This document shows, one piece after another, positions 46,988 to 56,923 of a stretch of 64,000 nt of DNA (positions are counted from its first letter, which is position 1; every line of letters starts with the position of its first letter). Source of the stretch: an uncultured Desulfarculus sp. (GTDB lineage Bacteria; Desulfobacterota; Desulfarculia; Desulfarculales; Desulfarculaceae); the NCBI GenBank assembly GCA_963665125.2, contig CAXXUK010000001.1, positions 1,824,001 to 1,888,000 on the forward strand, in the 5' to 3' direction. The notes beneath the pieces are model-generated. The model was not told the origin of the DNA. It did no database searches and was given only the letters and a program-made list of their open reading frames with translations. A program made the translations under genes and the position numbers.

Positions 46988-48789
46988 GCGGAAAGACCCT
47001 GCCCCAGCTTTTTTTGGAGCAAGTGGCCCGGCGCGGCGACCAAATCGCCTTGCGCGAAAAGGATCTAGGCATCTGGCAGCCGGTGACCTGGAACGACTAC
47101 CTTCGCCACGTCAAGGATTTTGCCATGGGGCTACTCAGCCTGGGCTTCCGGCGGGGCGATCACCTGGCCATTGTCAGTGAAAACTGCCGCGAGTGGCTTT
47201 ACGCCGACCTGGCCAGCACCTGCCTGGGCGGCGTTACCCTGGGAGTCTACCCCACCAGCCCCTATCCCGAAGTGTATTACGTGGTCAACCACTCCGATTC
47301 GGTGATGGTGCTCTGCGAGGATCAGGAGCAGACCGACAAAATATTGGAAGTAATCGATGACCTTCCTTCCCTGAAAAAGATCATCGTCAAGGATATGAAA
47401 GGCCTGCGCAACTACCCCAAGGAGCGCATCATCTCCTTTGAGGAGGTCGAAGCCCTGGGCAGGTTGCTCGATACAAAAGACCCGGAGCGTTTTTACCGCG
47501 AAGTGGAGCGGGGCAAACCCGAGGACGTCTGCATTATGATCTACACCTCGGGGACCACCGGCCCGCCCAAAGGGGCCATGGTAAACCACCGCAACGTGGA
47601 GGCCATGACTGTCGCCTCGGCCGAGGCCATGGAGATGAGCCCGGAAGACAGCGTGGTCTCCTATTTACCCCTGTGCCACGTGGCCGAGCAGATATTCAGC
47701 TTGTATCTGCCCCTGCATCTGGGCGTGACGGTGAACTTCGCCGAGGGCGTCGCCACCATCCAAAACGATCTGCGGGAGATCGCGCCCACGGTTTTTCTGG
47801 GCGTGCCGCGGATCTGGGAAAAGCTGCAAAACTCCATCGTGGTCAATATCAAGGACTCGTCCTGGCTCAAGCGCTTTCTCTATAAAAAATGCTTGGCCGT
47901 GGGTTACAAGATGGCCAACACCATCCTCAAGCGCGAGCAGCCCTCCCCTGGACTAAAGCTGTCCTGGTGGGCCTCGTACTGGCTTTTGTTGCGTTCCCTG
48001 CAAAACTACGTAGGCCTGCGCAAGGTGCGTTTTTGCTTCAGCGCGGCGGCCAAGGTCAGCCCCGAGGTGCTGCGTTTTTTCCACGCCATGGGAATCGCGG
48101 TCAAGGAAGGCTATGGCATGACCGAGTGCACCGGCCTGTCGTTTATCCACATGGGCGACGACATCAAGCTGGGCACCGTGGGCAAGCCGGTTTCCTGCAT
48201 CGAATACCGCATCACCCCGGAAGGCGAGTTGCACAAACGCGGCCCGTCCATATTCATGGGTTACTACAAGAACCCCGAGGCCACCGCCGATACGATCGTC
48301 GACGGCTGGTTGATCACCGGCGACATGGCCGAGGTTGACGTTGACGGCCACGTGGCCATCGTGGACCGCAAGAAAGACATCCTGATCACCTCCGGCGGCA
48401 AAAACATCGCCCCCTCGCTCATTGAAAACGAACTCAAGGTCAGCCCATACATCAAGGAGGCCATCCTTTTGGGCGAGGGCCAGAACTTCATATCGGCACT
48501 GATCCAGATCGATTTCGACAACGTGGGTAAGTGGGCCACCGACAGCCGCCTGGCCTACACCAATTTCAAGTCCCTGTCCCAACTGCCCGAGGTTCGCCGC
48601 CTGATCCAAGAAGAGGTCAACAAGGTCAACGACCAGTTCAGCAGAGTTGAAAATGTCCGCAAATTCCTGCTGCTAACCAAGGAACTCGATCACGACGACG
48701 ATGAGATGACGGCCACAATGAAGGTGCGCCGGGCCAATATCTACAAGAAATTCGCCGATGAAATCGATAAAATTTATGGTAGCGAGTAG
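46975..48789 (+). CDS. Long-chain fatty acid-CoA ligase (AMP-binding)
   Basis: YTSGTTGPPKG, EGYGMTE, TGD, DRKKD, GGKNIAP. Confidence 0.92.
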   Translation: MVELSGKTLPQLFLEQVARRGDQIALREKDLGIWQPVTWNDYLRHVKDFAMGLLSLGFRRGDHLAIVSENCREWLYADLASTCLGGVTLGVYPTSPYPEVYYVVNHSDSVMVLCEDQEQTDKILEVIDDLPSLKKIIVKDMKGLRNYPKERIISFEEVEALGRLLDTKDPERFYREVERGKPEDVCIMIYTSGTTGPPKGAMVNHRNVEAMTVASAEAMEMSPEDSVVSYLPLCHVAEQIFSLYLPLHLGVTVNFAEGVATIQNDLREIAPTVFLGVPRIWEKLQNSIVVNIKDSSWLKRFLYKKCLAVGYKMANTILKREQPSPGLKLSWWASYWLLLRSLQNYVGLRKVRFCFSAAAKVSPEVLRFFHAMGIAVKEGYGMTECTGLSFIHMGDDIKLGTVGKPVSCIEYRITPEGELHKRGPSIFMGYYKNPEATADTIVDGWLITGDMAEVDVDGHVAIVDRKKDILITSGGKNIAPSLIENELKVSPYIKEAILLGEGQNFISALIQIDFDNVGKWATDSRLAYTNFKSLSQLPEVRRLIQEEVNKVNDQFSRVENVRKFLLLTKELDHDDDEMTATMKVRRANIYKKFADEIDKIYGSE

Positions 48790-48831
48790 GTCAGCAAAGC
48801 CAATCCGTTACAAATGCAGTGGCAGCTAAAA

Positions 48832-49179
48832 ATGACCGCGCAAACCGATAAACTGGCAATCATCTGGACCTCGGCCGACCCGGCGGTGGCCCGGCAGGCC
48901 GCTTTCATGTATGCCCGCAATTCAATGATTCAGGAGTGGTGGGGCCGGGTGCAGCTCATCGTCTGGGGTCCGTCGGCCCAAACCCTGGCCCAGGACAAAG
49001 AGCTGCAAAAAGAGATAGGTCCCCTTCTGGAAGCCGGGGTGGAGATAACGGCCTGCAAGGCCTGCGCCGACAGCCTCGGCGCCAGCCCGGCCCTGGAGGC
49101 CCTGGGGATCACGGTCAAATTCATGGGCCAGCCCCTTACCGAGATGCTTAAATGCGGGTGGCGGGTGGTCACGTTTTAG
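48832..49179 (+). CDS. DsrE-family protein
   Basis: IIWTS.D, LIVWGPS, ACKACAD. Confidence 0.8.
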   Translation: MTAQTDKLAIIWTSADPAVARQAAFMYARNSMIQEWWGRVQLIVWGPSAQTLAQDKELQKEIGPLLEAGVEITACKACADSLGASPALEALGITVKFMGQPLTEMLKCGWRVVTF

Positions 49180-49254
49180 GCCTGTGACCTGTTGAAACGC
49201 AATAGCGGCGGCCTCAAATACGGAGACCGCCGCTTAATTTTTTCCAACGCCCGG

Positions 49255-49851
49255 CTAATCCAGCTTTTTTCGGGACTCCAGGGAGCGGGCCAGGGTCAGG
49301 CCGTCCATGTACTTGAGGTCGCCGCCCACGGGAATGCCGTAGCCCAGGCGGGTGACCATTATGCCGGTTTCAGCCAAGCTCCGGGCGATGAAGTCGGCCG
49401 TGGCCTCGCCCTCCACCGTGGGGTTGGTGGCCAGGATGACCTCCTCCACGCCTCCCCGGCCCACCCGCCGCAGGAGTTGGTCCAGGCCCAGGTCGGCCGG
49501 GCCCACGCCGTCCATGGGCGACAGGGCCCCGGCAAGGACAAAATACAGACCCCGGTAGACCCCGGCGGACTCCATTGCCGCCAGATCGGCAGGAGACTCC
49601 ACCACGCAGAGTTTGCCGTGATCGCGGTTGGGGTCGCCGCAGATGGCGCAGGGGTCGCGGTCGGCCAGGTTGCGGCACATTCCGCAGGTGCGCACCTGCT
49701 GGCTCACGTTGGCCACTGCCCTGGCCAGGGCCCGTGACTCGTCCGGGTGGGTGCGGACCAGGTGCAGGGCCAGGCGCTCGGCCGTCTTGCGGCCAATGCC
49801 CGGCAAACGACCCAAAGCCGTAATCAGCTCTTGCACTGCGCGGGGGTACAA
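49255..49851 (-). CDS. recR: Recombination mediator RecR
   Basis: LPGIGRKTAERLA, C4 zinc finger, EVILATNPTVEGEATA. Confidence 0.96.
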   Translation of the reverse strand: MYPRAVQELITALGRLPGIGRKTAERLALHLVRTHPDESRALARAVANVSQQVRTCGMCRNLADRDPCAICGDPNRDHGKLCVVESPADLAAMESAGVYRGLYFVLAGALSPMDGVGPADLGLDQLLRRVGRGGVEEVILATNPTVEGEATADFIARSLAETGIMVTRLGYGIPVGGDLKYMDGLTLARSLESRKKLD

Positions 49852-49867
49852 AGCTCGCCGTCCAGGG

Positions 49868-50188
49868 CTACATCATGCCGGGGATGTTCATCCCGCCGGT
49901 GATCTTGGACATTTCTTCCTGCATCATCTGCTGGGCCCGGCGCTGGGCCTCGCCCACGGCGGCCACCACCAGGTCGCACAGCATTTCGGCGTCTTCGGGG
50001 TCGATGACCTCGGGCTCCAGCCGCAGGCCCAACAGTTCGCCCCGGCCGTTGACCGTGGCCTCGACCATGCCGCCTCCGGCCTGGGCCGACACCTCGCGGT
50101 TGGCCAGCTCCTCCTGCATCTGCATCATCTTTTGCTGCATCTTCTGGGCCTGTTTCATCAGATTGCCCATGCCGCCTTTTGGCATCAT
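49868..50188 (-). CDS. ybaB: YbaB/EbfC nucleoid-associated protein
   Basis: MKQAQKMQ, AGGGMV, D.EMLCDLV; position between dnaX and recR. Confidence 0.95.
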   Translation of the reverse strand: MMPKGGMGNLMKQAQKMQQKMMQMQEELANREVSAQAGGGMVEATVNGRGELLGLRLEPEVIDPEDAEMLCDLVVAAVGEAQRRAQQMMQEEMSKITGGMNIPGMM

Positions 50189-51963
50189 TTATGTGCTCCT
50201 TGTGGGTTGTTGTCGTCACTCATATCAGGGTTCAAGGCCACTACCTCGGCCTCGAACACCTCCATGGCCGCCTGCACCGCCGGATGCTCGGCCAGTCCCT
50301 GGACTTTTTCCTGGACGTCCCGGCCGTTGCCACCCCTGACGGGTTCCGGCGCCTTGCCCGGCCGCAGCTTGATCAGCGGGGCCGAGCCCCACAGATCGGC
50401 AGCCACGCCGCGCAGGCGGTTTTCAGTCTCGCTGTTGCAATATTGCGCGGCCTGGCCCGGCGGCATGTTGATCACCAGGGCGCCGCCTTCGTTTTCCGCG
50501 TCGGCCCGCCGCAGATAAGAACCCAAAACGATCTCGCCCCGGGACACAAATTCGGTCAGCTCCTTGAGCGCCTCGTTGGGATCAAGTTCCAAGGGCGCAG
50601 CGCTGGCGGGCTGTGGAGCGGCCTTGGCCGGCTCGGGCTTTGGCTCGGGCTTTGGTTCGGGCTTCGCAGCCGGCTCTGTCGGGTTAGCGGGTTCCGGGGC
50701 CTGGGCCTGCTGTTGTGGCGCGGCCGCCGCACCGCCACCGCCACCCGCGACCACTGCCTGAGGCGGCGGGCTCTGGGGCGTCTGGGCCGTTGGCGGCGGC
50801 GCGCCGCCGGACTGCGGCGTTTCAGCCCCCAGCCCCTGGCCCAGGCGGGCGATGATATCGTCAAGGCTCAGCACGGGCCGCACCTGGGTCAGCTTCAGGA
50901 GGGTCATTTCCATGACCAGCCGGGGCTGGCTGGCCCGGCGGAACAGCTCCTCGCTGGCGGCCAGGTGCTCGAATATCTCGTGCAGGGTCTCGGCGCTGAC
51001 CTGCTTGGCCTGCCTGGCCAGTTCGGCAAGCTCCTCTGCGGTCAGACCGAAGATGTCAGCCCCCGGCGGGGCGCTCTTGGCCGCGGCCAGGTTGCGGAAA
51101 TGCTCCATCAGAGCATTGTAAAAGGCTTGCATCTCGCCGCCCGCCGCGTAGACATCGGAGACCAGCTCCAGCACCCGGCCCGGCTGGGCTTCCATCACGG
51201 CCTGGGCGGCCTGATGCACCAGTTCGCGGTCCACCAGGCCCAGAAGGCTCACCACCTCCTGGTGGGTCAGCTCCGTGCGGCCCACGCTGAGCACCTGGTC
51301 CAGCAGGCTCAGGGAGTCGCGGATGGAGCCGTCGGCCTCCCGAGCCAACAGGGCCAAGCTCTCGGTGGGCAGGCTGAAGCCCTCGGCCCGGCAGACATTG
51401 GCCAAATGCTCGGCCAGAACCCTGGGCGGCAACCGGCGGAAGTCGTAGCGCTGGCAGCGGGAAAGAATCGTCAGGGGCACCTTGTGCACGTCGGTGGTGG
51501 CCAGGATGAACACGGCGTGTTCGGGAGGCTCCTCCAGGGTCTTCAAAAGGGCGTTGAAGGCGGCCTTGGAGAGCATGTGCACTTCGTCGAGAATCGTCAC
51601 CCTGGTGCGGGCCGACTGGGGCCGGAAGCGGATCATCTCCCGCAGTTCGCGCACGTCCTCCACGCGGGAGTTGGACGCCGCGTCGATTTCCTGCACGTCA
51701 ACGGCCCGGCCCTGGTCGATCTCCAGGCAGTGCACGCACTTGCCGCAGGGCGTTGGCGTGGGGCCGTGCTCGCAGTTGAGGGACTTGGCCAGGATGCGGG
51801 CCACGGAGGTCTTGCCCACGCCCCGGGGGCCGGTGAAGCAAAAGGCGTGGGCCACCCGCTGGCTTTCAATGGCTCCGGCCAGGGTGCCGGTTACGTGCTC
51901 TTGGCCCACCACCTGCTCAAAGGTGGCCGGCCTGTGTTTGCGGGCCAGGACAAGATAGCTCAC
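50185..51963 (-). CDS. dnaX: DNA polymerase III subunit gamma/tau
   Basis: YLVLARKHRP, GPRGVGKTS, EIDAAS, DEVHML, LLKTLEEPP, SRCQ. Confidence 0.97.
   Translation of the reverse strand: MSYLVLARKHRPATFEQVVGQEHVTGTLAGAIESQRVAHAFCFTGPRGVGKTSVARILAKSLNCEHGPTPTPCGKCVHCLEIDQGRAVDVQEIDAASNSRVEDVRELREMIRFRPQSARTRVTILDEVHMLSKAAFNALLKTLEEPPEHAVFILATTDVHKVPLTILSRCQRYDFRRLPPRVLAEHLANVCRAEGFSLPTESLALLAREADGSIRDSLSLLDQVLSVGRTELTHQEVVSLLGLVDRELVHQAAQAVMEAQPGRVLELVSDVYAAGGEMQAFYNALMEHFRNLAAAKSAPPGADIFGLTAEELAELARQAKQVSAETLHEIFEHLAASEELFRRASQPRLVMEMTLLKLTQVRPVLSLDDIIARLGQGLGAETPQSGGAPPPTAQTPQSPPPQAVVAGGGGGAAAAPQQQAQAPEPANPTEPAAKPEPKPEPKPEPAKAAPQPASAAPLELDPNEALKELTEFVSRGEIVLGSYLRRADAENEGGALVINMPPGQAAQYCNSETENRLRGVAADLWGSAPLIKLRPGKAPEPVRGGNGRDVQEKVQGLAEHPAVQAAMEVFEAEVVALNPDMSDDNNPQGAHK
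50630..50665. repeat. Three 12-bp tandem units encoding KPEP linker in DnaX
   Basis: GGCTCGGGCTTT GGCTCGGGCTTT GGTTCGGGCTTC. Confidence 0.8.
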
Positions 51964-52091
51964 GCGGGCGTTGCTCCGTTGGGCCGAATCGGCCTAAATA
52001 ATTGGTTTGCCGTCGATTTTACAAATCACAGGTTGCGTAAAGATAACATCCTGACCCGTGCCCTGTCAATTTTGTGTGCGCCGGTTGGGGG

Positions 52092-52982
52092 CTAGTAGTT
52101 TTTAGCGAAGCCTTCCAGGCGCCGCCTGCGCTTGTTGGCCGCGGCAAACCACAAAACCGCCACCACGACCCCGGCCAACAGGGCCAAGGGATATGGGGGC
52201 ACCGCGTCGGACACCAGGCTGACCCAGAGCCACAGGGCGCTAAAGCCGAAAGCGATAATGGCCATCCACCATTTACGGCTCATGAATACGAGCACGATGA
52301 CGCCCATGGCCGATAAAAGGCAGCCCCCGGCCCACAGATAGTCGGGCAGGGCCGACATATGCACGCCTTGGCCGGCCTCGGCCCTGGCCTTGAGGCCCAT
52401 GAGCATGCGCCGCTCCATGATGTAATGCAGGGGCATCGTCATAAAGTAGCCCGCCTTGTCCGACAGGGTCGGCGTATCCCAGCCGTGGGTGCGCACGATA
52501 AGCTTGGTCTTGTCAGGCCCGGCGTCTTTGAGCATAAAGGCGCCCCAGTGTTTGAGCACAAAATACTGGCCCGGCTCGGCGGACATGACCTCCCAACGAT
52601 AGAACTCGGGAACCTCGCGCCCTCCCGCCGTGGCTGGCACCACCCGGCCCACGGGCATGTCCTGATACTCCGGGACGATGGTAATCATGTTGCCGGTGTC
52701 ATAGCCCAGCAGGTTTTCTAGGAAGGTGTAGCTGTAGAAACCACCCCTGTCCGCGCCCAGTTGCACCAGCCATTGCCAAACCACATCCCTGGGCGCGTTG
52801 ATTTCGATGGCCCTGGTGGAGCTGGCATAGGGCGCCAATTCATCGCCGGGCATGGTCGCGGCGGCCTCCTCGCCCGTTACGCCCCATTGCAGGATCTCCG
52901 GGCGGATCAAGGCGTAATACAGCCCGGCGTCAAGGGCCAGGATCAGCAGCAGCAACGTAAGGGATTTTAGCAGGTTGGACAT
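52092..52982 (-). CDS. Membrane-anchored SRPBCC-like hypothetical protein
   Basis: MPGDE, TRAIEINAP...VWQWLVQLGADRGGFYSY; terminal TM helices. Confidence 0.7.
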   Translation of the reverse strand: MSNLLKSLTLLLLILALDAGLYYALIRPEILQWGVTGEEAAATMPGDELAPYASSTRAIEINAPRDVVWQWLVQLGADRGGFYSYTFLENLLGYDTGNMITIVPEYQDMPVGRVVPATAGGREVPEFYRWEVMSAEPGQYFVLKHWGAFMLKDAGPDKTKLIVRTHGWDTPTLSDKAGYFMTMPLHYIMERRMLMGLKARAEAGQGVHMSALPDYLWAGGCLLSAMGVIVLVFMSRKWWMAIIAFGFSALWLWVSLVSDAVPPYPLALLAGVVVAVLWFAAANKRRRRLEGFAKNY

Positions 52983-53172
52983 GGCGGCCTTCCGGTGTGA
53001 GTGCGGCTTGGCCTATCCTGGCACAATCAGCGGCCAGGTCAAGGAATATGCTGGGGCGGGAGCGGGTTGTCGGTCTTTCCGGCGCAGCTTTATGTTAGGC
53101 TGTTCCGCGACAGCTTAAATCACCTCGGGCGATGACAAACCTTGGCTACATATCAACACAAAGGAGCCCATC

Positions 53173-53613
53173 ATGCCCATCGACCAGGCAATGTGGAAGT
53201 TCATCCAGGAGCATTTAGGCTACGATGACGAGCAGATGGCCCTTTTCAAGTCCAGGTCCAAGAACGCCGAGATCGTCGAGGCCGCTCCGGCCCTGATGAG
53301 CAAGACCATCGTGGCCGAGGTGGTGGACGCCCACGGCTGCGCCAGCCAGCACAAGGTGGGCGACAAATTCTACTTTGACGGCGCGGGCAACCTCCTGACT
53401 CAGCATGCGCCCAAGCGGGTCTGTGTTCATGCCTTGGCCGCCCTGTCCGGTTCGATGTACGTGGTCAACGAGCTATTCTATGCCGGGGCCGACCCCAACG
53501 ACATGCGCCTGAACCGGGTGGGCTGTTTTGACGTGGGCGTGCAGTGCGGCGGGTGGGGCCATGTGGCCATGGAGGTCACCATGCACGACACCGCTGAACT
53601 GGATCTGAAATAG
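53173..53613 (+). CDS. Cys-containing conserved hypothetical protein
   Basis: SD AAGGAG; host-like codon use; GC..HKVGD, VC, GCFDVGVQCGGWG. Confidence 0.7.
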   Translation: MPIDQAMWKFIQEHLGYDDEQMALFKSRSKNAEIVEAAPALMSKTIVAEVVDAHGCASQHKVGDKFYFDGAGNLLTQHAPKRVCVHALAALSGSMYVVNELFYAGADPNDMRLNRVGCFDVGVQCGGWGHVAMEVTMHDTAELDLK

Positions 53614-53718
53614 CCGCGACGAAATAAACCAGTTTTCTCGCGGATAAAAATCGTTTATTTTCCTACCTGCCGCAGAGGCGGTTATCCCGAGTCGCCCGAT
53701 GTTTACAAGGAAACGGAA

Positions 53719-54708
53719 ATGAACGCCATGCGAAATCTTGCCACGGTATGCCTGGTCCTGGTCTGTCTGCTCGCTTTGTCCGCCGCCGCCCATGCCGACG
53801 ATGCCCAAAGCCCTTCGCCCGAGGCTTCCCCGGCGGTCTGGTCCGCCGAGGCCAAGATCACCAAGCTGTTCGACAGCTATACGTCCTATGAATTCGGCAA
53901 TCTGTTGGAGCCGTATCAGGCCCCGCTGAGCCGCCTGGAGTTCGCCCTCAACACCTGGTGGGGCGGCGTGGAGATCAAACGCTGGACTCCGCGGTGGTCC
54001 ATCGGTCTGGAGGCGCTGACCAACATCCAAAACGGCGTGGACGGCAAGATGGCCGACTCGGACTGGACCGACGGCGATCACCCCAAAGTCCGCGACATCT
54101 ACTCGGAAAGCAACCTGCGCCTCAAGCCCAGCTATATGGTCAACGCGTCGGCCGACGTTTCGGTCAAGCCCTGGCTGCCCCTGCCCGACGGCCTGGATCT
54201 GCGGCCAACCGGCGGCATCCGCTGGCAGTTTTTCGACTTCATGGCCTTTGACGGAACCCAGTGGGAAACCCTTCCCGACGGCAGCGTGGAAACCATTACA
54301 CTGACCGGAGATTCGATTCATTTCAAGCAGACGTATTGGCATTACTTCGTGGGTCTGCGCCTGGACTGGCAGCCCATGCCCCAGGACAACCCCGGTCTCA
54401 GGCTGCGGGCCCAGGTGGACTGGGCCTATGTGACGGGCAGCAACACCGATCACCACCTGCTTCGTAAGGGCAACCGCCTCACCGAGGAACGCACCGGCGG
54501 CGAAGCCTGGCATGCCTCCCTGGGCCTGGAGGCTCCGGTCTTTGACAACTTTTTTGTGGGCATTCAGGCGGAATACATGACCATCGACACCAGTGGTTCC
54601 CACCGCCTGTACAACGACCTGTTCGACATAGACTTGACCTGGACCAACGGCGTCAATGTATGGTCCCAGCAGTGCAGCCTGAACATAGCCTGTAAATATT
54701 GTTTTTAG
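53719..54708 (+). CDS. Omptin-family outer-membrane protease
   Basis: Signal peptide, SRLEF, MADSDW and DHH catalytic-type motifs, C-terminal Y-x-F. Confidence 0.82.
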   Translation: MNAMRNLATVCLVLVCLLALSAAAHADDAQSPSPEASPAVWSAEAKITKLFDSYTSYEFGNLLEPYQAPLSRLEFALNTWWGGVEIKRWTPRWSIGLEALTNIQNGVDGKMADSDWTDGDHPKVRDIYSESNLRLKPSYMVNASADVSVKPWLPLPDGLDLRPTGGIRWQFFDFMAFDGTQWETLPDGSVETITLTGDSIHFKQTYWHYFVGLRLDWQPMPQDNPGLRLRAQVDWAYVTGSNTDHHLLRKGNRLTEERTGGEAWHASLGLEAPVFDNFFVGIQAEYMTIDTSGSHRLYNDLFDIDLTWTNGVNVWSQQCSLNIACKYCF

Positions 54709-54749
54709 GATGACGTATCCCCCGTGGCTTGCGGCGGGGGATTCATCCT
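54708..54749. terminator. Hairpin between convergent genes
   Basis: GGATGA...ATCCCCCG / CGGGGGAT...TCATCC inverted repeat. Confidence 0.55.
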
Positions 54750-54756
54750 CCGGCCG

Positions 54757-55470
54757 TTAGGGGATCATCACCTCAAGGCCCCGGCGGCCCGTGGCCTTGC
54801 TGATCTTGGCCTTGTTTTTCAGAGCCTCGGCCTTATTTGTGCAGCAAGCCGCCCAAACGCGGTGCCAGGTCTTGCCGCGCAACTTGACCGTCTTGATGGT
54901 GGCTTCCCAGCCCTTGGATTTGAGCAGCCGTACATCGCCGTCCGCGCTGGCCTTTTTCAGGTTGCTGGAAAAGAGCACGGCATACTTGCCGCCGGATTGC
55001 TTGGCGCTGAGTTGTTTGGCCACGACGGCCTCTTCCGCCATCACCTGCTTTGCCTGCTGCTGTTCCATCACCTGTTCGGCCGCGGCGACCGAATCTAGAC
55101 CGGCGATGGCCGCGCGCATCTCGGCCACGGCCCGGACCCTGGGGTAGTCGCTGCGCTCCGGGCCCACCGACGCCCTTTGGATGCCGGTGGTCCAGACCTG
55201 CCGGGCCACCTCGGGCTTGTTGTTGTCTTTGTAGATCAGGCCCAGCTGATAATAGGCATGGTACATGTCCGGGTCGCTGTTCAGGGCCGATTGAAGCTGC
55301 TCGGCGGCCTGTTCGGCGTTGCCGGCGTCCTTGAGGGCCATGGCCCGGCCAAAGTGGGCCTGGGCCGCCATTTCCGAGGAATAGCCGCCGCCGTTGCCCA
55401 CACCGGCGCAGCCATACATGACCAGGGATATCAGCGCGACAACGGCGATATGGACGATCCGGCGTTTCAT
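54757..55470 (-). CDS. TPR and SPOR-domain lipoprotein
   Basis: Lipobox MYGC; TPR helices; C-terminal KTWHRVW SPOR-like segment. Confidence 0.75.
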   Translation of the reverse strand: MKRRIVHIAVVALISLVMYGCAGVGNGGGYSSEMAAQAHFGRAMALKDAGNAEQAAEQLQSALNSDPDMYHAYYQLGLIYKDNNKPEVARQVWTTGIQRASVGPERSDYPRVRAVAEMRAAIAGLDSVAAAEQVMEQQQAKQVMAEEAVVAKQLSAKQSGGKYAVLFSSNLKKASADGDVRLLKSKGWEATIKTVKLRGKTWHRVWAACCTNKAEALKNKAKISKATGRRGLEVMIP

Positions 55471-55542
55471 GGGCCCTCCTTCCCTTGCTGGATGCAGGTT
55501 CTGGGGGCAGATTAGCACGGGGCGGGGCCCCAGGCCAAGCGA

Positions 55543-56436
55543 CTACTCGCTGGTGGGGTCGTCCCCGCTTCCGTCGCTGGACGAGTTGGGCTCGTCGCGT
55601 TTTGAGCCGCGGATCAGTGGCAGGACATGCCCCCCGCCCGAAGGAATCTTGAAAGTGGAGTTTTTGCGGTTGCCCAGACGCTCCCTGGCCCAGCGTTTCT
55701 GCCGGCGCTGTATCTCGGCAGGATCATAGAATTTGGTCCAGTCCTCGGTGTAATGCCACAGCTCTGGCTCATCGCTGCGGAAGGACCATTCGACCTCCTC
55801 CGGGCCGAAACCGGCCATGTACCAGGCGTCTTCGCTGCGAAGGTGCAGTTCCTCACGGGCAAAGCTCAGAAGGGCCAGGCGGTACTCCACCCGCCGGAAA
55901 TCCAGGAGGATCTGGCCGGCGAGTTGCCTGAGCACCCTGTCTTCCTCTTCGTCCATGAACCGTTCGCCGATGATGCGAAAAACGTGGTCGTTGCTATCCG
56001 GATGTTTGAAGGCGATGGCCGCCATAGATTTTAGGGCGATGTCCCGGACGGACCACCCTGCCGTTACATCCCTGGCAACTGCCGTCAGCCCTGCCAAGGC
56101 TATGGGACCCAGGTCGCCGAACATGGAAGGCATCAATTCGGTGACCCAGTCGCAATCAAAGGCATCGGCCCAGCGAAGGGCGGAAAGCATGGGCGATACT
56201 TCTTCGTCCGTGCCGCGCATGGCCAGAATATAGGTGGCGTGGACCACGGCCCACCACTCGGGCAACTCCGTAAGCCAGTTGGGCTTGTCGGTCACCACCT
56301 GACGTAAATAATCCGCAAGGCTGTCACGCCGCGCTATTTCCTGGGCGGCCTCCAAGGGCAGCCGATCCTCGGCCCAGAAAAGCATCTCAATGAGCTGTTC
56401 ATCGGCCAAGGAGGTATAATCGAAACGAAGCTGCAT
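55543..56436 (-). CDS. Helical-repeat hypothetical protein (DUF1186-like)
   Basis: WAVVHATYILA, DWVTELMPSMF pattern. Confidence 0.55.
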   Translation of the reverse strand: MQLRFDYTSLADEQLIEMLFWAEDRLPLEAAQEIARRDSLADYLRQVVTDKPNWLTELPEWWAVVHATYILAMRGTDEEVSPMLSALRWADAFDCDWVTELMPSMFGDLGPIALAGLTAVARDVTAGWSVRDIALKSMAAIAFKHPDSNDHVFRIIGERFMDEEEDRVLRQLAGQILLDFRRVEYRLALLSFAREELHLRSEDAWYMAGFGPEEVEWSFRSDEPELWHYTEDWTKFYDPAEIQRRQKRWARERLGNRKNSTFKIPSGGGHVLPLIRGSKRDEPNSSSDGSGDDPTSE

Positions 56437-56540
56437 CAGTACCTCTTGTTTGGCAAAAAGAGCAGGCTTGGAGAAACCCAAGCCTAAGGCCAGACTATAC
56501 CCGAGGCCTCGGCGGCTTACAATAGAACAAGGAGACAACC

Positions 56541-56852
56541 ATGGCCATTGTGCAATTTTCCGTGGTGCCGCTTGGAACGGCCGGGACCAGTCTTTCTTCG
56601 TACGTCGCCCAAATCCATCAGGCCCTTGAACATTGCGGCCTGGTCCATGAACTTACGCCCATGGGAACAATCATCGAAGGGCCCCTTGACCGGGTGTTGG
56701 ACGTAATAAAACAGGTGCATGAACTGCCTTTTAATGCAGGGGCCTCGCGAGTGATGACCCTGGTCAACATCGATGACCGCAGGGACAAACAGGCCACGGC
56801 GGCGGACAAGGTCGCCAGCGTCCGGGTCAAACTTATTCCGGCATCGGAGTGA
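56541..56852 (+). CDS. MTH1187-family thiamine-binding protein
   Basis: FSVVPLGT..SLSSYVA, LTPMGTIIEG, IDDRRDK. Confidence 0.92.
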   Translation: MAIVQFSVVPLGTAGTSLSSYVAQIHQALEHCGLVHELTPMGTIIEGPLDRVLDVIKQVHELPFNAGASRVMTLVNIDDRRDKQATAADKVASVRVKLIPASE

Positions 56853-56923
56853 ACCCTTGTCAGCGCTGTTGGGTTAAACTATATGTAGCATAATAAGAGA
56901 AGCTTACGTTCGGGGGTCAGCCA

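Noticed and set aside
50185..52091. dnaX programmed frameshift site or upstream SRP RNA
   Set aside because: No A-AAA-AAG heptamer noticed in dnaX; the short upstream region shows only a sigma70-like promoter and no SRP motif
50179..52095. 638-aa plus-strand ORF and similar long ORFs overlapping called genes (e.g. 12208-13476, 13943-15244)
   Set aside because: Antisense shadows of well-supported genes in high-GC DNA
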